Assembly (NCBI RefSeq): GCF_001194135.2
Contig: NC_068991.1
Coordinates: forward strand, 43,725,199-43,789,198
Origin: Octopus bimaculoides
Lineage: Eukaryota
Reading direction: 5' to 3'
DNA length: 64,000 nucleotides
Positions 14,901 to 27,478 of the stretch are shown here, in pieces. The stretch's first letter is position 1, and each line of letters starts with the position of its first letter. The notes beneath the pieces were generated by a model. The model saw nothing but the letters and a program-made list of their open reading frames with translations. It did no database searches and was not told the DNA's origin. Position numbers and translations under genes: made by a program.

Positions 14901-17900
14901 CAATTGCTAAATTAACAGACACCAGTTAAATAATGATTTCAAATTTTGGCACAAGGACAGCAATTTCAGGGGAGGAATAAGTTGATTACATTAACCTCAG
15001 TGCTCAACTAGTACTTATTTCATCGACCCTGAAAGGATGAAAGGCAAAGTCAACCTCAGCAAAATTTGAACTTAGAACATAAAGACAGATAAAAAGCCAT
15101 TAAGTGTTTTCCCCAGCATGCTAACAATTTTGCCAGCTTGCAACCTTACATCAGTTAAATATCATATTCCAAATTTTGGCACAAGGGGAGGGGCTAAGTC
15201 AATTAATTCTACCTAAGTGCTCAACTGGTACTTATTTTATTGACTTCAAAGGGACGAAAAGCGAAGTCAACCTTGGTAGAATTTGAACTCAGAATGTAAA
15301 GATGGGCGAAATGCTGCTAAGCATTTTGCCCAGTGTGCTAACAGTTCTGCCAGCTTGCTGCCTTACATCAGTTAAATATTACTTTGGAGAAAAATTGATA
15401 TATGGATAATGTTAGTGAATGAATAATGGATCCAACATGGATTATATCAGTCCTGGTTGGGCTCTCAATCTCTCCATAAGAAACTGCAATAAATTACAGG
15501 GAAGTAAAAGAAAAAAACAATATTGCTTTTGAAGAACGTCTTTCTAAGTGAAGAAACAACTGAAACACTCATCATAGCAATATGGATATATTGCAATACT
15601 GGAAATTAAATCAAGCAACAATATGCTGGAGTTGTGTAAAATGTCACACAGGACTGTATTGCAATGTCTTATAGTCAGTGTTATTTAATATTTGTATGAT
15701 TTCATGATCCAATGAAGTTGCTTTAATCTGCACCTACTTCACCCTCATCCCCACTGACAACTGCAGCAGTAGCAGTAGCAGTGGCATGGGAGCAGTAGCA
15801 GCAGCAAATTCACCAACAATAATAGTAGCAGTAGTAACAGAAAAGCAGTTAATTTATTTTGAAACTAAAAGGGTGAGCTGAAAAGTTCATAGGCTGCTGA
15901 ATTGTGAAATCTTGTATGCATTAATTTCAACATTTCTTATTAATAACTGCATTATTTTTTTCCAGGTAAACTGACATCTGACTTTTTTCAAAAAAGACTT
16001 CAAAAATAAATAGTAGCAACTTTTCTTGAAAATGAACGAAATTTGGCATCATGGTGTTATCAAGTACATGTGGGAAAAAAGCTTTAGCCCCCAATGATAT
16101 CCATGCTGACATGGTTGCTATATTAGGAGATGATGCTCAAGCTTTATCATCAGTGCAAAAGCGGGCAGCTGAATTTAGGAGGGGAAGAGAGAATCTTGAA
16201 GATGAGCCAAGATCTGGCATCCTGCAACTACTACCATCAAAGCAAACTGATTGTGTTCACCATACGGTGATGGATGACATGCAATTGAAGATAAATCCAA
16301 TAGCCAATGCTTTTAGCATATCTCAAGATAGAATCAAGAATATTCTGCACAGTGAACTTGGCATGATGAAGGTTTCTGCTCAGTGAGTACCATGTCTTCT
16401 GATACCTGATCAAAAGCACACCAGGTTGATCACATCGCAGGGAAAATCTGACATTGTTTGAGGCAGATCCAGTTGGTTTCCTTGAACGTTTTCTAATCCA
16501 GGATGAGTGTTGGGTTCATCACTTTGAACCAGAGGCAAAGAGACAATCCATTCAGTGGAAACAACCTTCCTCATCTGCTGCAAACAAAGTCAAGGTCATT
16601 TCCTTTGCAGGGAAGGTGACGGCTCCCATTTTTTGAGATGCAAAACGCATTGTGTTTATTGATTATCTTCAAAAGGACCACATCATCAAAAGAGAGAACT
16701 ATACCAACTTGCTGAGGCAGTTGTGAAAAGATATCAAGGCCAAACACCTTGGAAAACTGATGAAAGGGGTTTTATTTCATCAGGACAAGACTCCAGCACA
16801 CAGGTCCTTGTTTTCAATGGCTGCTGTGCATGACTGGCTTTGAACTGGTTGATCATCCTCCCTATTCTCCTGGTTTTCCTCTATCTGACTCTCATCTGTT
16901 CCTTAACATTAAAATACACTTTGCTGAGAACTTGTATCGCAGTTATGATGACATCATATCTGCTGTTGGTGACTTTTTGACCAACAAGATGAAAGCTTCT
17001 TCACCAATGAGATTCAAGCACTGAAACACTGGTGGAAGAAGTGTGTGGACCACAAAGGAGACTATGTCAAAAAATAAAGTCTCATTTAGCCACATTCTGT
17101 GAGAGTATCTTGGTCAGCCTATGAACTTTTCAGCTGACTCTTGTATGGGAGATTCAATAACTTAACCCTTTTGTTACCATATTTATTTTGAGATGCTCTG
17201 TGTTTCTTTCAATTAATTTTCAGTATAACAAAAAATTTAGTAAAATAACTTAGTTATCATTAAGCTGATGTTAGGAACAAATTGTGACTAAGGTTTGGTG
17301 GAAGATTTTAATTCAAAACTTATGAAAACAAGGCATTTGTGCTACAGAGCCAGAGGTGGTTTCAGCCGGGTTGGTATCAAAAAGGTTAATCATATATGAA
17401 TTAAACATTAATTGTTGACAGTTGAACTGAACATCAATTATTGACAAAAATGTCTACAAAGATATCTGATTAATTTTCCAATTATATGTCAGCCAAAAAA
17501 ATGATAATTAAGTTCGGTTGGTAAATTACTGATATCATTATCAGAAAATAAATTAGCATGTCATCAAGTATGCATTAAGTCTTGAAGGTATATCTTTTAT
17601 CTTTTACTTGTTTCAGTCATTGTACTGCAGCTATGCACTACTTGAAGGGTTTGATTGAACAAATTGACCTGAGTTCTTATTTTTCTACTGATCTCTTTTG
17701 CTAAACCACTAAGTTGTGAGAACATACATAAACCAACACTGTGAAGCAGCAGTAGTGAACACACACACACACACATACGTGAGGGGCTTCTTTCAGTTTC
17801 CATCAACCAAATACATTCATAAAGCTTTGGTTGGCCTGGGGCTACAGCAGAAGACACTTGCCTAAGTTAACACTCAGTGGGACTGAACCCAAGACCACAT

Positions 17901-20900
17901 AATTGGGAAGACACTTGCCTAAGTTAACACTCAGTGGGACTGAACCCAAGACCACATGATTGGGAAGCAAACTTCATAACCACACAGCCACACTTGTGCC
18001 TATACATGTGAAAAATTGTAACATTTGTATATGTATCTCCACAGAAGTATTGGCATGGTTAGTGAAACCTTTACAATTAAAAAAGAAGTGGAAATCTTTG
18101 TGAACCCAGAGCTACTACCCATACAATATTCTGGTCATTTTAGTAAAGTATTTCATAGAAATAAAGGTGATTACCATTGTCTGTTGACATGGAAAAAGGA
18201 CAGATTTGTTCCCAGACATTGGTTTTCGTAGAGTTGTGCCTTGTGATACTGATGAAGGAGTGAGGTTGAATTTGAAATGTTTTGTATCTATTTTCAAATG
18301 AAGACTAAACTTTGCTTGGCTGGAACAGTGTAAATAAATCTGTGTTGTTACCTGAAAGGAAACATGCATATACATACATAGTATATTCTAAATAAAAAGC
18401 ACAAACTTCACATGTTTTTAATAATCTAATTGTTCTCTACAGCTGTTTTAATGCACTGGATTTAAATTATGTGGCATCAGTTGTGCTTTTAATAACTGGG
18501 AATATATTTTTTTATATTTATACATCTATTCTATGTATAGATACATAAATAACATAAAGATATGATATTTCTAACTTCATTTATATACGTTCACAAAAGC
18601 TGATTAATGCTTTTTATCATTTCAAAGTTTTTAAGACTACAGCTATTAATAACATACAGGAGTTGTATCAGTTTAACATATTTCTTGTAATTTACAGTAA
18701 TACCTATATGCCTAAAAAAAAAAAAACTTGTTTTATTGTACATTTTTTATTAGTCTTACCTTGTAGCTAGTTTTTGGAACTATTTTGTCTCTGCTCCAAG
18801 TGAGGTGTTTAACTTCCGTATAGTTTTCGTTGAAGAAATAACCTTGACCTTGGCTCACAAACATCCTAAAATAACAATAACAACAACTATTATTATTTAT
18901 AATGAATTTTCTTACAGACATAAAGATGTTGGCTGGATGATGAGCAAATGTAGTTTGATCAGATGTTTGACTGCCACTGCCATCTCATGAAAGGGTTAAC
19001 TACAGCCATAACTAACCTGGGGGGCTGGACTTTAGCACATAGCCCACATAAATTGAAATTGAAATATTTTCAAAGGCACACACTGTAATATATGCATTCA
19101 AAGTAAATTGTAAGTAAATGAATAAAACTCGCCCTCCTTAGCAAAACTGAGTTCTAGAAATGCAATATTTGGGGTCTTCCACCCATAACAACGACTCTTT
19201 CCCTTCATGCACCTACATCCAGCTTTTCCTTCTCCTCCTCTCTTGTCTGCCCTCTCTTCCCAGCAACTGTACCATCTTTACTACTCCTGCCTATCTCTCA
19301 CTTTTCTGCATCCCTCTACTATCCCCAGCTTATATCTCTAGTCTCATCCTCCATTCAACCCTATCCATTTTGGCAGTTTGCTCTCCTTGCCACCATTCAC
19401 CTTTTCAAACAATTTTACAAACCACACACTCACTTCTACTCAGCTTTGTGGGGGAATGGGGGATGACATGGGTGCCTTATCACCATTATCTGTCTTGCAG
19501 TTCTTACTGATCATTTTCTTTTCTCCCCACCCACTGTTTTCTTCATACTAGATGTCAGAACCCATGCATTTCCCTCTGCAGGAATTTGCTCTATTCACCC
19601 ACCCTGCTTCATAATAATTTTGTCTCCAAGCACGAAGCTGTCACCCCCACACATACTTACACCAAGGTTTGTAGTCCTGTGAACTGCATGGTGGCATCAA
19701 TAGTGCAAATGGCACAAAAGAAATGCACCTAGTCACAGTAAAGTAGTTAGCATTAGGAAGGGTATCCAGACACAAAAACCATGTCACAGCAAACATAGGA
19801 GCTCAATGCAGTCCTTGGATAGATTGTTTTTTGTCAAACCGTCCAACCCTTGCCAGAATGGAACATGGATGTTAAATAATGATATTAAATATAAAAATAA
19901 TAGACTACTGCTTACCTGAGGTTTCCATTTTTGTAAAGACACCAACCACAACCATTAGGAAGAAAATTCAGCAAAATTTTATTATTAGGTGCATCATCAA
20001 AAGCCAAAGTACAAAAGCCTTGAGCTTCATCATGCCCTCTGAAGCGAATAACAGCAATATTGCCTGATCTGTAACTAAGAGTTAGGGTCAAGGTGTAATC
20101 TGAAAAAAGAGTTCTTTGTATAACCATAATACAGTTGCTACTTGTATTCAAACATAATTCTAATGCAACTAAGTGGTTCTAAAATATAATTTAGACATAG
20201 TCCTTTTGAAACAGCAGGCTTTCTTTAAAGGTCATGCCAGCAGTGTGTTTATCTTATTAAATTATTCTGTTTAATATTTGACTCTAATCTCTTGCTGGCT
20301 TTAGTGATTGGTTACATTTGGTTAGTATTAGTATTTGGTGAATTTAAGTTATTGGCAATATTTAAGGAGAATATTGCTCAGATGTTGAATGACTTGGTTG
20401 AGTTTAATGACCTCTTCTGGTTTAAGTAATTTTGCTAGCTTTTGACAGTGGTAGGCTTTGGCTGACAGATGTGTGTGTGTGTGTGTGTGTGTTTATTTCC
20501 ATCATGGGTTATAATAAAAAAACTTTATATTAAACAGAAGGATTACTCAATACTTTTTGTAGAGTACATATTTATCATTCTTCAACAAGAATAGTGATGA
20601 CAATGACTTTAAAGTTTTGGCCTGCTTAGCCTTCACAATCATTACCCATTTTTCATGTAAGATATATTTTCATTCCACTTGTTGTCACGCATCTGCTAAA
20701 CTACAGAACATTTGTTCAATTAAAAAAGTAAACAATGTTATTGTCATTTGTTTGGATGGTTCTAATAATGATGTTTAGGATCGACATACATGCATGTGTC
20801 TGTCCGTCCTGCCATCCATTCATCTGTGTATGCTGTGAAGAAGTCTGTTTTGTATATCACACACACACACACCACTGTTTTAACATCCACTTTCCCATCA

Positions 20901-21025
20901 TGCTTGCATGAGTTGGAAAGAATTTGTTGAAGCAGATTTTCAACAGCTGGATGCCCTTCTTGTCACCAGTGTGTATGTACATGCGTGTGTGTACACACAC
21001 ACACATGAACACACACTCAGACACT

Positions 21026-21072
<47 letters not shown>

Positions 21073-22406
21073 ATGTGTGTGTGTATGTGTGTGTATGTGT
21101 GTGTGTGTTTGTGTACATGTATATATACACACATACATGACAAGCTTCCTCACAGTTTCCATCTACCAATTCCTTTCAATTCTATTCTACAAGCAAAGGC
21201 TGGCTTCATTCTACAATAGAAAATATTTACCCAAGATTCCAAGAAGTGGTACCAAACCTGAAACCACATAACCATGTCTATCCCTTTATTTATAATTATT
21301 TACACATTATATGTCATTTTTGTGCAGAATACACAATGCTCATGATTCCATACAGTGGTAATGAACCCAAAACTATGTTGTGAAGCAAATTTGTAAACCG
21401 TACAGTTATGCTAATATCTGCATTATAATTTTTAAACATTGTACATATTGTGCAGAATACATATGCATAGAATTTCAGATTTGCTCTGTAACATGAGTAA
21501 TAAGTATAAGATCATGAGTTAGCAGAATTGTTAGCAAGCTAGACAAAATGCTTAGCTGCATTTCACCATCTTTACATTCTGAGTTCAAATACCACCAAAG
21601 TTGACTTTGCCTTTCATCCTTTTGGAGTTGATATAATAAGTACTTATTGAACTCTCAGGCCAATGTAATCAACTTAGCTCCGTCCCTGAAACTGCTGGCC
21701 TTGTGCCAAAATTTGAGTAAGTAAGAAGTGAAAATTGTCAGCAGGTTTATAGTATAAGTAGTGGGGCCTGTGAATATTTCATGGAATTAATGGTAAACCT
21801 ATTGGGTTATTTCTGAAAACTTTATCCAAAAAATCTGAAAGCATAGCCTGTGTTGTGTCTGTATGGAAAGATAGTCACTCATCTGCTACTCATTGAAAAG
21901 TGAAAGAAATTGGAATACAATGATTACTTAATGCGCTTTATATATACACTTTGTATACTTTATGGGCAATTTTATAGACTTAATACGCAGCACTCATAAA
22001 ATAAATATTCACTCTTATTTTTCCATTTTTCTCATAAACAAGAAAAAAATTCTGTACATATGATACAACTTTTAGTTAAATTGCATATATCTGCTATGTA
22101 AATAAGCATGAATATTTCATGGAACTGCACTTATGTGCATGCATTAAGTGACAGGTGATATAAAAAACTTAGTTGAATTTTTAAAAAATACGCTTTTCAG
22201 TATCCAACCATCACCACTTCTCTCTCTCTCTCTTTGCCATTCTTTAACCTCACCATCAGAATATCATCCCTCTGCTAAAATTATATCTCTGATTCTCTCT
22301 ATATCACTACCTTCAAGTAACTTTTTTAACTACATAATAAATATTACATTTTCCGTACCTCATGTCATGGATGCTTCTCTCTCCCTCTTTTTCTCTATCA
22401 GTCTTT

Positions 22407-22447
<41 letters not shown>

Positions 22448-25400
22448 ATTCTTTATCTCTCTTTCTTTCTTTCTCTCTCTTTCTTTCTTTCTCTCTCTTT
22501 CTGTCTCACTTTTCACCTTATCCTCTTTTTGACTCTCCTCTTTCTTTCTCCTCTTTCCCTTCAACTAATCACATGAAAGCATTACAATTACATTCCCTCT
22601 ATTTCACATCATGGATTCTTCTCTCTCCCACTTTTTCTCCCTCCTTTCTTTTTCCCTCTTTTTCTTTAATCACGTGAAAGCGTTACTGGCAATGACAAGC
22701 AGAATTATTATAAGATGATAAATATGTAATTCAAGACAGGAGTTGACTCGTATAGAGCTACCATTTATTCATTTGTATGTTTACCACATATTTGCTCAAA
22801 GACCCTGTTAAAGAAATAAAATTAATTAATAAAATTAATTCAAGCCTAATTTAGCCATCACTAAATAAAAGCAAAATTTAAATTGAATCATTTTTAACTA
22901 TGGATTTTGAAAACTAAAGGACTACTGATAAAATAACATGCTTAGACTTTCTTCTAAATAGATATTGCTACATAAAGGATACTATATCACAGATGTTCCA
23001 TCGTCTGTTACAGACTTCAGTAATGTCTTCCTGTCATCTTCATTGTAAAATTCCATAACAGGAATATTTGGTATTGGTACATTGTAAAGATTTAGTGGTT
23101 TTGACGATTTCTGCAAGACTGGTCTGTGAGGAGGTTTTAACACAAATTTTTCGTCAAGATTACAACTATATTTTGCTACAAGATTATCATCCTCATAGTA
23201 AATCCTCATTGGTTTGAAGCTTGGATGTCTCCTGTTGAGTGTATTAAAAGATGGGTTAAACATAACTTAGAATGAAACATCTGAAACTTAAAAGAGCAAA
23301 CATTAATGTTAATGATTTTAATTAGGATGGTGAGCTGGCAGAATCATTAGCATGCTGGACAAAATGCTTAGTGGGATTTCATCAGTCTTTACATTCTGAG
23401 TTCAAATTCCATTGAGGTTGACTTTACCTTCTATCCTTTTGGGGTTGATAAAATAAGCATCAGTTGTATACTGGGGTTGATGTAATCAACTTACCCATCT
23501 CCCTGAAATTGCTGGCCTTGTGCCAAAATATGAAACCAATATTAATGTTCTCAATGTAGAAAATATGACACATTTTATTACTAATAAATAACATACTATT
23601 ACAACACAGTGTAAGTAAATATTTTCATCATAACTGAATAATAGTATTCTGTTTTTTATTACAGTAATTCACAAATTGGAAAGGTGTCAATAAAATGATT
23701 CATGGAAATCATTAAAGATGTTTCAACATGAATTTTAAAAATCTAACCTTGTGATAGATTAAAAGAGCTGCACAAATACTGAATACAAATTCCATTTACT
23801 CAATTGATATCCTTTCTAACATAGGCTCAAAGCCTGAAATTTTGGGGTTTGGGGCTGGTCAATTACATTGGTACTTATTTCATTAACCCTACAAGAATGA
23901 AAGGCAGTTGATCTTAACAGAATTTTAACTCAGAATGTAAAGATGAATGAAATGCTGCTTAACATTTTGTCTGATGTGCTAGTAATTCTGCCACCCCATT
24001 TCCTTACTTACACTCTTAATATGAAGAACAAATGTGCCACCTGTAAATGATAACCCATTATCACTATAATGTTAGAAAGAGGATAAAATAAGTCCAAAGA
24101 CAACTAAAGTTCAACACACACACACACACGATCTGATGCTAGCAAATAAAATATTTTTTAAATAAGCAAAGTAAATCAACGGAAACATTATTAAATCACA
24201 TGCTTACTATCATGGGAATGTAACAGCAGAAAAATCAGTTGGAAACTAAAAACCAAGTATTTAAAAGGAAAAAGTGTATACTTATTGAGAAGGCTACAGA
24301 TTAGTGTAGTGAAAAGTATTTTGTGGAACATAAAGAAACATAACTGATTTGGAAAAAGAAAGACAAGTGAAATATAGACAAACAACGAGTGTGTATTTAG
24401 AACCAACAATGGAATTAGGCAACCAACAACACTCAATAAGGGGTTTCAATGGATGATGTTGCATGTGGAAGCAGAAAAGATACTGACTTCACTTGAACAC
24501 GTAGCAACATGGGCTAGAATGAAGTTTAAGCCTATGAAATCAAGGTGTATAGTCATCAGAAGAGGCAAATTAACAAACAAAATCAAGCTGCACGTGCAAG
24601 GTGAGGCTATTCCTTCAATAGAGGAAAATCCAATCAAATTCTTTGGGAAGAGGTTTGACAATTCACTCTCTGACAGAAACAATGTTGAGAAGCAAGCAGA
24701 GGAGTGGCTGAGGAGGATTGAAAGATCAGGGCCTCCAGGAAAATACAAGGCATAGCTCTATCAACGTGGACTGCTCTCAAGACTCATGTAGTTATTAACA
24801 GTGTATGAGATTCCATTAATAAAAGTACAAAGGAAGGAGAGGAAGGTATACAAATACTTCTGTAGGTGGCTAGGTATCCCCACAAGCTTCAATAGGCCTG
24901 TACATAAGATCTAGACAGCTACAACTTCCCCTGTCATCTGTGGTGAAGGAATTAAAAGTTGTGAAATATAGAGTTCTAATGATGTACAAGGACTCCCAGA
25001 ATGAGCATGTCAGACATGCAGATATCACAACAGTCTGGATAAAAGTGGGTGACCAGCACCACATTCGCACAGGCTGAGAGCATGCTGAAGCTATGCCACA
25101 TCAATGGAATTACATGCAGAGGATGGGAGGGTCTGAGTTCTTCTCTTTTCCAACAATAGAAGAAGGTGAATATCGAGAAGTACAGAACATGAAGGAAGAA
25201 AGAAGGTCAAGAGCTATGGAGCTGGCATCTCTGGGAGCCTGAATTAAATGGGACCACCCGAAGAGGAAGGGTACATGAACAGACCTGTGGAGACTGGAAC
25301 CTTTCTGTATCTCCTGTGGGTGGTGTATGACACACTCCCAACACCAACAACCTGCACAAATGGTTGTTTGGAGGAGGACCAGTTGTGTACACCTTGTGGA

Positions 25401-27209
25401 GAAAGGGACCCTGGAATACATCAAGGTGCAAAATAGCACCTACCCAGAGGACATTCAAGCAGTGTCATGACAAGGTGCTTACAACACTTGCTCACTCTCT
25501 GGAATTGGAAAGGCTCAAGAAACACCATCATCATGGGAAAACAACAGCAGCAGTCAAGTTTGTGAAAGAAGGGAAAAAAGCCAGTGAAGACAGCAAAAAA
25601 ATGACAAATAGCTTACTACATGGGTCTCAATCATGGGATATGAAAGCGGATTTAGGGGAGAGACTGCAGTTTCCCCCAGGTCATCCATACAACACTGATG
25701 CTAGATGTAGTTCTCTGGTCTGGAAAGGCAAGGAAAATAATCATCATTGAGCTTACAGAAGGGTGTGATCAGGCCTGTGAATTAAAACATATCAAGCATG
25801 AAAGCCTTCGGCAGGATTTCAGGGAGAGGGGATGGTAGTCATGGCTTTTCTCAGTTGAGATTGGCTGTAGGGAATTCCCTGCCCAGTCAGTATGGAAGAT
25901 GTTTACAACCACTGAAATGAGAGTAAAAGAGTGAAGGATAGCCGTGCGCAGGATGGGGGAGGCAACAGAAAGAGCTTCTTGCTGGTTATAGAGCAAGAGA
26001 GAAGAGGTAAGCTGGAAGCCAGAAGATGATGATAAGCAGTGACTTAGCTGCCTCTGCTGACCCACCAATGGGAGGGTGTTATAGTTCAGGTCATTGATGA
26101 TCATTGGATGTTGTCTGATTCATCCTGGCCAAAGTTTCATTTACTTTGGTGGGTGGAGAAGAAGCACCTTCTTCTAGGTGTTATCAATAAAAACATCTAT
26201 CTATATATATAAAGATGAGAATGTCTGTCTGTCTGTCTGTGTGAATCCCTAAAACTCGAGAACTACACAACCGATTTCATTCAAATTTTACACATGCCTT
26301 ACTAATGCAAGCCCAGAGCAATCTCTTATCTCTTACACTATTTCAGTATTATGTGTCGAAAGTGAAACAATAACATCTCTCTATAGGGCTTTCCTATAAG
26401 TAGGTTATCTCCCTTGGCTAGGCGGCGCTCCATGTAGATAATTAAACTTCCGGAGGCTAACCCACGCCATTGTTATTGTTTTACGTCTTATCATGGATAT
26501 AAAGCAGCTTGATGATTCAGCTATCGAAGTACTTACTGTGTCTGAGTTAAAGAAATATTTAAGATTATATGGACACTATGTTACTGGAAGAAAGGCGGAC
26601 TTGACTGAAAGGTTGAAAGGAATAAAAATTCTGTTGATGAAGAATGTCAACAAAGTAAATTCATCGGACGATAAGTCTGAAGTATCGGACGATACTTCAG
26701 ACAGGAATNNNNNNNNNNNNNNNNNNNNNNNNNNNNNNNNNNNNNNNNNNNNNNNNNNNNNNNNNNNNNNNNNNNNNNNNNNNNNNNNNNNNNNNNNNNN
26801 NNNNNNNNNNNNNNNNNNNNNNNNNNNNNNNNNNNNNNNNNNNNNNNNNNNNNNNNNNNNNNNNNNNNNNNNNNNNNNNNNNNNNNNNNNNNNNNNNNNN
26901 NNNNNNNNNNNNNNNNNNNNNNNNNNNNNNNNNNNNNNNNNNNNNNNNNNNNNNNNNNNNNNNNNNNNNNNNNNNNNNNNNNNNNNNNNNNNNNNNNNNN
27001 NNNNNNNNNNNNNNNNNNNNNNNNNNNNNNNNNNNNNNNNNNNNNNNNNNNNNNNNNNNNNNNNNNNNNNNNNNNNNNNNNNNNNNNNNNNNNNNNNNNN
27101 NNNNNNNNNNNNNNNNNNNNNNNNNNNNNNNNNNNNNNNNNNNNNNNNNNNNNNNNNNNNNNNNNNNNNNNNNNNNNNNNNNNNNNNNNNNNNNNNNNNN
27201 NNNNNNNNN

Positions 27210-27263
<54 letters not shown>

Positions 27264-27434
27264 ATTTGTATACACCTGTGCATATGTATATATATATATA
27301 GATGTATGTGTAATATGTACACATATATACATGCATACATATATTTATACATATATATACATACATATATACATATACATACATACATATATACATATAC
27401 ATACATATATACCTAAACATACATACAAACATAC

Positions 27435-27478
<44 letters not shown>

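Noticed and set aside
15560-15640. [10 protein letters not shown] hAT dimerisation-like peptide
   Set aside because: Too short and decayed to support an element call.
24012-24040. 29-nt microexon candidate with good splice sites (also a 24-nt candidate at 29592-29615)
   Set aside because: Neighbouring exons already join in phase without them. Inserting the first breaks the frame, and neither has homology support.
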